Assembly: GCA_965285935.1 (NCBI GenBank)
Contig: OZ260666.1
Coordinates: forward strand, 73,718,001 to 73,782,000
Reading direction: 5' to 3'
Origin: Ophelia neglecta
Lineage: Eukaryota
Length of the DNA stretch: 64,000 nucleotides
In this document: piece by piece, positions 40,309 through 52,000 of the stretch
How the letters are laid out: every line of letters begins with the position of its first letter
How positions within the stretch are numbered: the stretch's first letter is position 1
Notes under the pieces: generated by a model
What the model was told of the DNA's origin: nothing
Databases searched by the model: none
What the model saw: the letters and a program-made list of their open reading frames with translations, nothing else
Translations under genes and position numbers: made by a program

Positions 40309-43300
40309 GCATATCGACCATCGTTTGTCTGGATCAGATAAATTACAACTACAAACCGTTAATCTCCACATGCTGGATAATAGTGGCAAATATCAGGATA
40401 ATTAGCAAGACTCTCTGTATTTGCAACTACCGCTTATATGTGAAAAAGGGAGTACGGTAGACCATCGACCCGCTAGCCAGCGGGCATCCCCCGCGCAACC
40501 TTTAGCCGCAGTTGCCACTTCACCTGGTAGGCGTGAATGAGTCGTTTAAAATTGCCTTTCGTATTGATCAAGCATACCAAAAGCCTGATATGTTTTACCC
40601 TACCTCTGTCATTTCTAGACTTCCTGCCACGGCTGGTTGTGAAATTCACGAGTCTTTCCACAGTAGGGGGCGCTATGACAAGACTGTGTTAGTTCTCCCT
40701 TGGTTTGCTCGTTTATTACCCAATGTTAATGATCAATATTTTTCACATCGGTAGCAAGACACCAAACCTGTCGGTTCTTTATATTTACTTGAAAGAGTGA
40801 ATATTCACAGAAAATCCTGACTTTTTTCAAGGAGAACTTGACTCATTTCTAGGTAAAACCTACTCATTTTCACGTCAAAACTAATTCATTTTACTTAAAG
40901 CCTGGCTCTCCTGTCATGAAAATCTCTTAGACCGCCGAAAGGCGAGTTGTCGCTGTTGGCGTTGGATTATGAACCATGGAAGCATGAACCCCTTTGCAAT
41001 CTGCGCATGATCAGCTGATTAGACCGAGGCGCGCCCTGTAGCGCGCGTTTTCAAAACACTTATTCTATTGCTTCAAGACAAGGTGACGACCTCTAAAGGT
41101 TTTTCACTATCCAGTGGCAGGAAATACCATTCTTCCGAAGACAGCAGGTCATTCGATTTGTTTCCAACCTCGGCAGGTGTTACCATATCGATGTAACAAT
41201 TCATCTGTAAATCAGATTATTAAGCTAAGAACCTTATGGAAATTAACAATATTTAATAGAAATCTCATGTAGCCCGAAGTGCAATTGCACTTGGATGACA
41301 TTTTAACCGACAGCTTTCCAGGCACAAGGAGAAGGTAAAATATTGTCGAAATTATATAAGAATAAACGACACTCTTCATGAAAAAAAAACTGCAGTCTGA
41401 CTGACACTTGGAGGTGTAATGAACTATTAAATCATTTTTTGCCTTCAATTTTACGCTATCAGAAATATTGCTGTATCAACCAAAGGATTGAGTTTTCTGA
41501 TAAACAAAAAGAGACCGAAAACATCTCATATAATTTGAGATGCAACTAGCATACCAATGCATATATTAAACATAAGTTTTCCTTAACTAATCCTATCGAG
41601 ATAATCTGGGCCTAAGAGCTATTTTGGTCGAGTAGTAGCATGTCATAAACCAAACTGTATAAACTTGATCCTAACAACAGCCATAAAAGTTGAATAACTG
41701 GGTGTTGTCATAGTGATACATGGCTAGGACGAAGTCACATATGAATATGACTTAAATGGACGCCGGCTCATAAAACGTAAATTGTGCTGCCAAGGACAAA
41801 ATGACTTAGTAGAGTGACTAACACTAGCGAAGCCATGTAGACTTGAGGCAAATAAAATATTCAACGAGGCAGGACATTTAATAGACATTCGATCGCTTAG
41901 CCCGCCCACTCAGCAATCAAACAGCAACAGACAAGATCAAACATGGGCCATTCTTATCATGTGCTCTGTCCTAGTCACATGACCTATAGTAACTCACAAG
42001 GGGTGAAGGCCAGTAATTTCTTCTTGTGACTGAGAGACCAATTTATGTTAGAGACATGCTGTAAATAAAGATGACAGGATGAGAAACATCGGACAAGGCG
42101 AGGAATTCATTAGACAGAAGACCGGGCACGAGACAAATAATATTCATTTGCTCAGAAGAAGGACTTTATATACATGCTATGATTGTACGAGCCTCATCTT
42201 ATATAATCCCTGAATATGGATGTCAGGGGTTGGCTGTCTGGAGGTAGATGCATGGATGTGATGAGGGGGTCGCGTACATACTGTTTGGAGTTTGCGAATC
42301 AATTCACTGATAAACTGTTATTATTATATACCTTCAAGATGTGGTTCATCTTGTAATAAGATCCTAAACAAGGGAAACCATTTCTGTAACATCAAAAGGA
42401 TGTTGGTATGGCCTACCTACATAATTTCTCTAATGTAGGTACGAATTAGCATTCGTTTGCTGTGTAGCGGTTAATTGCTGCTAATGGAAACCAAAAATGA
42501 ATTATAGGGCATTCTGTAGGACGGAATGACTACGGACACATCAGATGGGGGTACTCGTAGCCCCAAACCTCCTTAACCTCCCGGCCCTCCCCTCAAAGCT
42601 ACAACATCTTCCTCAGTGACTGACGGAACATTGTTGGATTGTGTTACTAAGTCAGTTTGCCTTGACTATCTCTAGCTATTGATTACAGAGACTCCAGCCG
42701 CTCCATTATGTAAGACCCTATGAATATATACATACAATATATGGATTTTGAGGATTCCAATTACCTAATACCTGCCTTATCAATTCAAAGTGATTGGATG
42801 CATAGAATTGTTCTCCTGCCAAGCAGCTGGTCTGATATTTCTCTGATTGGAATCCCCCAGAAGCAAGCTTCTCTCTCTATCCATCTACATGTTCCTTTAT
42901 GGGGTGAACCTTGGCCTTATCAATAGGGTCATTCGGGGATGATGTAATAATTCTAGTTCAGCCTGCTAGCAAGGAGGTGACAGCACTGCATACCAATAGT
43001 CTGCACTTGAATGTGGAGCTAGACTACAGATTTGCAGCGGTTCCATGTTCATTGCGAAACCTGTAGCTATCACACAAATGTGAAATTTACCTGAATGGAA
43101 GGCCCTCTAAAATGTTAATCATCCCTGAAAGTTTTGTTTTGATTACTTCAACAAGCACTAAGTAAGGGCTTTTAAAACATCATTCCCATGTTAAATTCCC
43201 ATATGAACAGCTGAACGTAGCCCCACTAATCCCAGCCTTACCATTGCCTTTTAATTGCAATCAGCTTTGAAGGTGAGAAAAGTGGTTGTTCGTCAGCAGT

Positions 43301-43663
43301 ATGAAACATATCCGACTGGCCCTATTCTCTCCTGATGAAAGATTCCAATGTGATGGTATTGTTTTTTTTATAGTTTCAATGAAAATAAAAATAACTCAAC
43401 CTTTTTTGAATAGTTTTAATCAAAACAAAAATAACTCACCTTCTGCATAACTAAGGAAGTCAGGTCACGAGGATGAGTAAAATCAGTCCATCCATATTCT
43501 GAGGTCAAACCAACTTATTCCTTGCGTTAACTTAATCGTCAGTTCAAAATGTTGTTTAAATGTTATTTAAAGAGAACATAGTTCAGTAGCACTTAAATAT
43601 TCCTTGAGAATTTGCATTGTAACTGTTTTTCTTGGATAATCCTAATCTGGCCGGGTATGTATT

Positions 43664-44543
43664 TCTACCATCATACTTGATACACGTCCAACACAGCATA
43701 CAGAATACCGCAAGGTATTTCTACTCGTCCTTCACGGCATGCCGAATTACACAAGGTATTTTTACACGTCCAACACGGCATGCCGAATACCACAAGGTAT
43801 TTTTACACGTCCTACGCAGGATGCCGAATACATCAAGGTATTTCTACTCGTCCTTCACGCCATGCCGAATACCACAAGGTATTTTTACACGTCCAACACA
43901 GCATGCCGAATACAACAAGGTATTTCTACACGGCCAACACAGCATGCCGAATACCGCAATGTATTTCTACAGGTCCTTCACAACATGCCGAATACCGTTA
44001 GGTATTTCTAAATGCCCAACACAGCATGCCGAATTTCACAAGATATTTCAACACGGCCAACACAGCATGCCGAATACCGTAAGGTATTTCTGCACGGCCA
44101 ACACATCATGCCGAAAACTGTTTGGTATTTCTACACGGCCACCTCGGCATGCCGAAAACCGTTAGGTATTTCTACACGTCCAACACAGCATGCCGAAAAC
44201 TGTTTGATATTTCTACACGGCCAACACAGCATGCCGAAAACCGTTAGGTATTTCTACACGTCCATCCCAGCATGCCGAAAACCGCATGGTATTTCTACAC
44301 GGCCATCACAGCATGCCGAATACCGTTAGGTATTTCTACACGTCCATCACATCATGCCGAAAACCGCATGGTATTTCTACACGTCCAACTCGGCATGCCG
44401 AATACCACAAGATATTTCTACACGTCCAACACAGCATGCCGAAAACCGTTAGGTATTTCTACACGTCCATCACAGCATGCCGAAAACCGCATGGTATTTC
44501 TACACGGCAAACACAGCATGCCGAAAACAGTTAGATATTTCCA
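43664..44543. repeat. 41-bp minisatellite (CATGCCGAATACCACAAGGTATTTCTACACGTCCAACACAG), ~21 units
   Basis: CATGCCGAA recurs every 41 nt (e.g. 43738, 43779); generates overlapping periodic ORFs in all three + frames. Confidence 0.96.
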
Positions 44544-45319
44544 TATTAGTTGTTAGTAAAATAACATAATTTGCACTCCCGATATACTCTATGCGAAATT
44601 ATCGGACTGCTGACTATGCAGATATGTCACACTGTTCTAGGCAAGACGTTTAATTGTACGTCTGTCGAACTCCCTGAACAATTGCTTTATTTTTCCTTTT
44701 GTGTTGTCTAAAAACATCAGCCCGCTGCAGTGCGTGCCGGTGACTAGGAAAAGAGTAGGTCAAACTCGGGTCATTCACTGGGCGTTTCCAATGACGACAC
44801 GAATTGACGCCGCGATATGAAGATGTACGCCGCCATTTTGAACCCTCCCGCTATCATATTAGGCTACAGGAACTATAGTTCGGAGAATCTGAGAGTAGAC
44901 ATTGCTGTATCCTTTACCAGTTGCGATCTGATGTGTTTCATTGCCGAATCATGTATCCCATTGTTACCAAACTTGCCTGTCCATCCATGGTGTATGTGGA
45001 TCTAACAGTGAGATATAAGCAGGGCCTTTGGTCATGCTCTTTATACCCTTCACTGCATTCGTTGAGCGAATCATTCATAGATGTATAAAAAAGCCAATGA
45101 AACATTTATATGTTAAGTTTCTTTATAAAAAAGAAAGAAAAAAATCATTACAAATGAAGCGTAACATATACAAATTTTACACTCTTAATGCGTCACAATT
45201 ATTTCCGCTATTCACAGTGTCATTTTTACAATAATAAGCAAACGTTATAAACTTGTATCCTTGATCTTCTGATTCAGTTACGCGTAGATTAAGGTATGAG
45301 TCTATTGAGAAAATTAACA

Positions 45320-45325
45320 TTTATT
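45320..45325 (-). terminator. Candidate polyadenylation signal (AATAAA) for the nAChR-like gene
   Basis: AATAAA on the minus strand ~220 nt after the stop. Alternatives lie at 45512-45517 and ~44687; the sequence alone cannot decide between them. Confidence 0.3.
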
Positions 45326-45545
45326 ATAGTTAGAATTGTTATATTATATATGGGAAACACCATAATCTAATGAATTAAAAGAATTGTGTAAAGTTAGTAA
45401 TGGGCGCCACCTGGGGGCTTTGCCTATCCGCCCTGGTCTTTTAAGAACACACACAAGTGAAAATACTATCATTTACATATCGGATTGGCACTTAACTCAA
45501 GAGGCACATCGTTTATTGCCCGCGGATTGGTCAAATTAAATCCAA

Positions 45546-46018
45546 TCACGTCGCGTTGTATTGTGGGATAGTAGAGAACATAGCAACCAGAGAGCCTATA
45601 CTGGAAAACAGAAATAGCCAGAAGAATATTTTGTCCACACATTTTGCCAAGGTACGCCATTCCAATTCGCGTCTGTCCATATGCTCGAGGTCAAGAGCGG
45701 AAGGTTGTTTAGAAACATTACTTCTCCTCATGGAGTTATTACACACATTGTTACGATGTGACGTCAACCCTTCAATTTCACTTAGAATGGAAAGGTTATC
45801 CAGTTCTATTTCCGGTAATTTGACCTCGTTCACGTGGTTCTCTGCCATGGTGACCTTGTTAGTCAACGAGTCGCGTCTGGACCTCGTTTTGAGACAGAGT
45901 CTGCGCAGGCAGGTAGGAACTCTATGGCCAGAGTCTTTTCGCAGGAATATATTGGTAACAATCACTGCCATTACTAAGGCTATAGATACCATGATCATAG
46001 TCAATCCAAACAGCATAC
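45546..46018 (-). CDS. nAChR-like gene, exon 8 (M3, intracellular loop, M4, stop)
   Basis: TTTGTTCCAG|GT ATG; M3 MLFGLTMIMVSIALVMAVIVTNI; MA/M4 EWRTLAKCVDKIFFWLFLF; TGA at 45546-45548. Confidence 0.95.
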
Positions 46019-49000
46019 CTGGAACAAAGATGGGAATATATCTGAATATTAAATATCAGGGTGACACTCAACACGTTACCAAAGCAGTATAACATGGCAA
46101 CTATCTTGATAGATAGACATATACCGAGAATTCGTGTTTTGGATTGAATAATAGTTATAAAATTTTCGTAACCAAGAGAGTTGTCATAATATTGATCACA
46201 CCGGAAATGTATGTTTCACATTCCTTAAGTATACACGTAGTTATCAAGATTTCGTTACATTTAGTGAGTTGGCTGAAGTTGCAGCATATTCTCTCTTACA
46301 TTTGTAATTCATATGAACTTTTTAAATTCAGCCTTATCCTGCTCTACTTTCTTTTTATATAGCTCAATCACACGTTCCTTTTTGGTAGCGTTTAGTTTTT
46401 TATTTCAAAGAGATGACTCTCTTTTACAATCGTCAGTGCTAGAATTTGCATTCCAACTGTATCCGATTATTGTTATGACTACGTACCTAGAGCGGGAATA
46501 GCATCAGGGGTGGGCGGTAAGGTCTCTCCCACTATCAACAGAAATACTACTAGCGCCAGTAGTATTGTAATCTCCAAATTCACCTTCTCGCCGCTCTCTA
46601 CCGGAAGAAAAAAGCCTAGGAAAGACACGGCGTAGATCAGTAGGCAAGGAAAAATAAGGTTAATGATGTAAAACAGGGAGCGGCGTGTCATGTGAATAGT
46701 GAAGGTCACATCCGGGTAGGGTTCAGGGCAGCAGGCGTATATCTTCTCGTGTCTCTCAACCGTCACCTGCAATACAAAGAGTAAAAGTAAGAGACTGGAG
46801 ATGAAATGGCATATGCCGAATGTCTGGCAAGGCTAGGGATCGGGTTAGCTCATCTCTTCACAGTTGCTACCAATGTAAATTATATAAGATAAAGGTCAAC
46901 ATCGTTTAGCACTGTACCTGTTCGACATAATAGTGTTTTAGAAATGAAGTATAATGTGCTGTATACAAGTTGTCACTTTCCCGCTACTACTTGGCTTTAG
47001 GGATGTAGTAAAGAAGTTTGAAAGCATAGTAGTTTAGATAGCATAAACGATAAGTAGTATATGCCTTTTAATTCGCTCTTTTCGTAACTGACTAAGCCAA
47101 TTGTAATACATCTTAAGAATATGTGACCCGTTGTGGTGTAATTAATACGTTTGGAAGCATAGTAGATTACATGACATGAATGTTAAGTAGCAAAATATAA
47201 GGTTCCTGGTCTACATACCACGCCAGGTTTTCAGGAGGGTAGCATATGGCTAGATGGTCGTTCTCGTTGTTACCTACATTTACATTATGTGTATAAAGCA
47301 AGCATTCTATTTGTTATGTTATTAAGTATTATGTAAGGTACCTGGTCCACATACCACTCCTGATTTTTTGGAGTGTAGTATATGGCTTGATGTTCGCTTT
47401 CGTTGTATGTGACGTTCAATTTAAGTCCATTGAAGGTCCAACTAATAAAGACGATGTTGCATTTCTGTCGATCGAATGGGAAGTGCCGAACGTCCAGCGT
47501 GCAATATGTCTTCACCACGGCCGGGAACATCCACAGCACCTGGAGAAAAGTAAAATACTCCAAGTGACAATAGTGGAAAGGGGAATTATATGAGATGATA
47601 CGAGAAAAGTGCGTTAAATCGGTCAGGAACTATCGGCAACCAGCAGCCACAGTCCCACACACATCTACAACCAACGTCGCGCATCCAAACAGCAAACAAA
47701 CTTGCACTGCAATTTATAATTAATAAAAACACCAACTTGATATAACTTGCAATGAGAAGCAATCACCAGTTTTCTACAATCCGGGTCAGAACACAAAACC
47801 AAAAGGTCAGAGGTCAAAGAAGGATAGAGTTGAAGATTATTCATAATATATGGTTAAAAAAAAATAACATTGCCGCCATGCCATTTCGAAAGCCACAACA
47901 GCCAATGTTTGTATCTAGATGGCATGAATCAAAATATGTTTTGGAAATATGCTATTGTTAGTTATTGCATTTATATATCTTTCCCGACCTTATTAACTTA
48001 TGAAGGATGATGTAGAAAGGATATGGCCTCTAAGGCCAAATGTAGCTGGTTGTAGTATGCCCGAATGTAAATAATGCTCTCTTCAGACGACTTATTCAGG
48101 AAAGATATATCTTTTAGTCGCAAGACCAAGTTGGTTTTATCAAAACTAAGAACAATTTTTGCTTTGCATAGATCTTAATAATTTTATATTTCTTAATGGA
48201 TATTAGAAATTTGCTTTTCCTTCAGTCTTGTGTGCTTGACAGAATATAACAAAAAGCCGTATCTAACAAGACAGTATATACGATCACTATAGACTGTTGG
48301 AAATATGATTTCCTTCCTGCCTATCTATATGTATCTTGATATTTGTATGGCCTACCTGTCCGTTGGACGAGATGATGGCAAAGGTGTCCATAAAGTCCTT
48401 AAAACTATCGTCGGCACTGGAAAGGAACAAAGGAAGGGAAATACAATATATGACTATGTCTAAAGCCATAAACAAACATTTGTATACTCTGTGATGTTCA
48501 CATCAGTTTTGAAAAGCATAGTCGCTTGTCTTATTTTGTGCGTTTTGGTGTAAAAAAGAAAATTGACTTTGTTTCAGGCTTTTTGGACTTTTTTAGTGTG
48601 TGCCATTTCATTTTAGAGTCACTTTTTTTTGGCTGAAAATAAAGTAGTTTTAGACCTTGCGGTCACAAAGTTGTCCAGATTTCATTTAAATTCTGGATAT
48701 AAGTACCTTGTGGTGTTTGCGTAATTTCGATAAAAGGTTTGCTTGCGTTTATTTCAAGTTATGTCATTTCATTTGCGTAAAAAGCGTATATTCAACCTCA
48801 AAATCACGATGACATAGAATATTGATTTTATTGATTTGATGTGGCCTGTGTTTGCTTAAGTCTTGTCAATTGCCATCTAAGTCATCTTATGCTTATGTAC
48901 CCCAGTTAGGTCATACAGTTCGAGGCGATGCTCCTTGGCCTGTTTCATTGCCACTCCGGTTCAGTCTGTGACAAGAGGTGATCCAATCAACTAAGGTGGC

Positions 49001-52000
49001 CTTGCAGACATCACAGCTCGTGGAAGCAGTGCAATGCGCTCCTCCACACTTCTGCAGTTTTATATTTTTTCCATCCCAGGATAATGTACATGATTTTGGG
49101 TTCCCCTCTAAACGTTTCATGAGTTGCAAGTTGTAAGCTCTAAGCTGGATGTGAAAAGTTTTCCCTGCTGAAGGCAAAATCTGACACCTTCTCGTGACTA
49201 GCTTTCTTTACTGCAGTGAGAATGACAACTGTTAAGAATGGCAAGTGTAAGGTCTGGAATCTCAAATTGTTACTTCACAATAACCTTTTGGTTTATATAG
49301 AACATATAGTCCCTATCCCAATTTGGCGGCATAGTCAAACGTACGCGTAACCTTAGCTGATCCTCATTCCTATCTACCATATCACAAAGCTCATTAAGCA
49401 TCGCATTGTACTAAACATATTTAGGAGATCCTCTGCTGCACGAATTTGCATTAGCTGATGGTTCAGGACATAAATAAGGTTGTGATATACAGAATCGTTC
49501 TCTTACTTTATGGCAAAATTTAGCTTTTCCTACACGTCTGCCATCTCTGCATGAATCTGCGTTGCAAAGTTACTTACTTGGGTTGATTGTGGCAGCTAAG
49601 CTTTCAGAGAACTATACCTCTGCATAATCATGTTGTGTGTTGGCAGTCGATCTGATCAGATTCAATCTCATTCATTGACCCAACCAGTCAGGGACATTTT
49701 TCCACACCAGAGCGCACAAAATATGAACAAGAGAGCATGACATTGAAAATAAAATGAGCATTATTTGTGAATTACAACTAACCTCCTGCCGTTTCCAACG
49801 TTAAAAACAGATGGTTTATCAACGTAGTTCGGACAGTAAGTGATGCAGCCAGCAATACGCCTTTGACAACGTGTTGTATATATAGTGCAACACACGAAAT
49901 GGGTATCATTCCGATAACATTGTTAATGAACGAGAATATTCCATTTAAGTTGCAAGAATCACCAGGATTAGCTGGTTGCTATTATGTAAATAACCAGCAA
50001 CGCAACAACCCTAGTGCGATCGTCGCTAAGCAGGTGAGGGCTATTTATAAAACTAGTAATTTTACCAGTATTTTGTTATTTTGAAAGAACTACCGTTTTA
50101 AGGTTTTGACCGCTATGGTCATAAATAGTATAGAAACAAAGATGATTGTGATGATTGTGATTGTCTTACAAATTGTTGATGAAGATGTCTGGGGTCCAGA
50201 CGAGTAGGGCCGGGATCCAGATCTTATCCACACCCCCGTACTCCTTCTCATCCCACGTCAAGTACTCGTCCATCCACCGCTAGACGGAGACACACAGAAA
50301 GACAATTGATCATTAAACAGGTACACATTTCAGTAGGAAGTCTAGACATATAATTTCATTCCTTCAGATCGTGCACGAAAACATGTTCCTTTACGATTGC
50401 AGTTCTCGAACGTTTGCGTATTTAAGCTTAGCATTGAGATACTTATTTGGATAAAACATAATTCATTGCAGAGGGGTAGTTACATTTTATACTTAAGGCA
50501 GAGGGGACAAATCTGAGCCTAAGTAAGGGAATCGTTTTGGGCACGAGTAATTATCACTTAACTTTGTATTTGTGCCTTTGGAGGGCCTTTTTATGCAGCT
50601 AATAACAATTCGTATAGAATCATACAAAACATTCCTCGGTGACCGAATAAGCAAGAGGCGTGCCACACTTGAGGTTTTTGTAGATTTCCCAAAGGGAGAT
50701 TTTTCCGCTGCTTAAACTTGGTTGGCTTCCATCTATCTCTTCAGCACCGTGTGAGGCAATGTGTAATTCACCAGGCAATGAGGCCAAAACGTGGAGAGAC
50801 AAGAAAAGATGCTCGGCAAAATTACCTGGTTAACCGTAAATTCAATTGCCAAAAGCATTCTCATAATGCATTTGTGGTTGGAATCACTTCGCTAGCAAGC
50901 ATAAATACCGCCATTATTCTCTTACTAAAAGACACATTTGTCCATTCCTAGATTGCTGTGCTTAAACTAGTTCAGCAAAAATTGCTGGTTTCATTTCTTC
51001 TGTAAATCCCATTCTCATCTACAAAGCCTGATTGCGAACGGCCATTGTGACCTTATTGTAAAACACATTGATCAACGAAAGGCTTTTTTTCTAAGGCGAT
51101 TACTCGATTACCCAAAAATCCATCGGCACAATAGCTCGAGTTTAATCAAAACATTCTGTCCTTATCAATAAGCTTGAATTGTTATTTAAATAATGAGAGA
51201 GGTTTTCTCCAGAAAACACGCACAATCGAATTAGGTGTCTCGAGGGCATATGTATCATCTGTTTAGAAGCCACGACTAACTTGAACAGACAGGTAGAGGA
51301 TAGTCGTTACTTCTCATGCGTGATGAACAAAATTAGCCAGATTTTACACTTAAACAGGCACCATGAATCACGGAAACTGGTTCAATCTTAAGGCTTTGTG
51401 TTAACGGAGAAACCCAAGCTTCGGCGAAAGCCGCATGGCCTTTTAAATTGAGCAAATATGAATTAAATAATAACCCTACCCTAACCCTTTTATATCAAAA
51501 ACAAAATGGACTTGTCTGGCTAAGGGTTGGGTTATAAAATAACTGATATTTTAGATTATTGTGTCACCAATGCTGCTTTCGCAACAGCTCCCGCTTTCGC
51601 CGTTAATACAAAGCCGGGGCTAATTGTAAAACACGGATAAGGATGTCCAGTCCGCTGGCTGGAAGGTTTCCCCCTTTCCCCCGTACTACTGTTTCTAACA
51701 GTGGCCCCAACCCATGAGTCCAAGGGACATGAAACACTAGTGTTTTAGGTCCGCCTGGGTGTCGTATCCCTAGAATAGCAGGACTGTGGTTTGGAAATCC
51801 TGGTTGATAACGTCTCCCTGTCGCAATACATTGGTTTTCTAACGTCCATGGGGCCTTTATTCCTAGGGTTATGAGTCTGAGGGACCATTCAGCCAGGGGA
51901 CCAATTAATCTTATACACCAGCAGTCAATGCAAGGTCGTTCATTAAGATTACTAAATACAACTGGTTCGAAATCCTCGGGAACACTCAACTGCAGGCCCA

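Noticed and set aside
39965-40460. Tyr/Pro/His-rich repetitive ORFs
   Set aside because: Translations of the 38-bp minisatellite.
43632-44556. Six overlapping repetitive ORFs of 73-177 aa
   Set aside because: By-products of the 41-bp minisatellite being read in all three frames.
45556-46092. 178-aa plus-strand ORF
   Set aside because: Antisense shadow of nAChR exon 8; no protein motifs.
51410-51445. GAAA-tetraloop hairpins (CGGCGAAAGCCG; also CGCCGAAAGGCG at ~40933) and CTGAWGA motifs (~6475, ~59590) suggesting hammerhead ribozymes
   Set aside because: The full CUGANGA-stem II-GAAA core with pairing stems I and III could not be assembled at any site.
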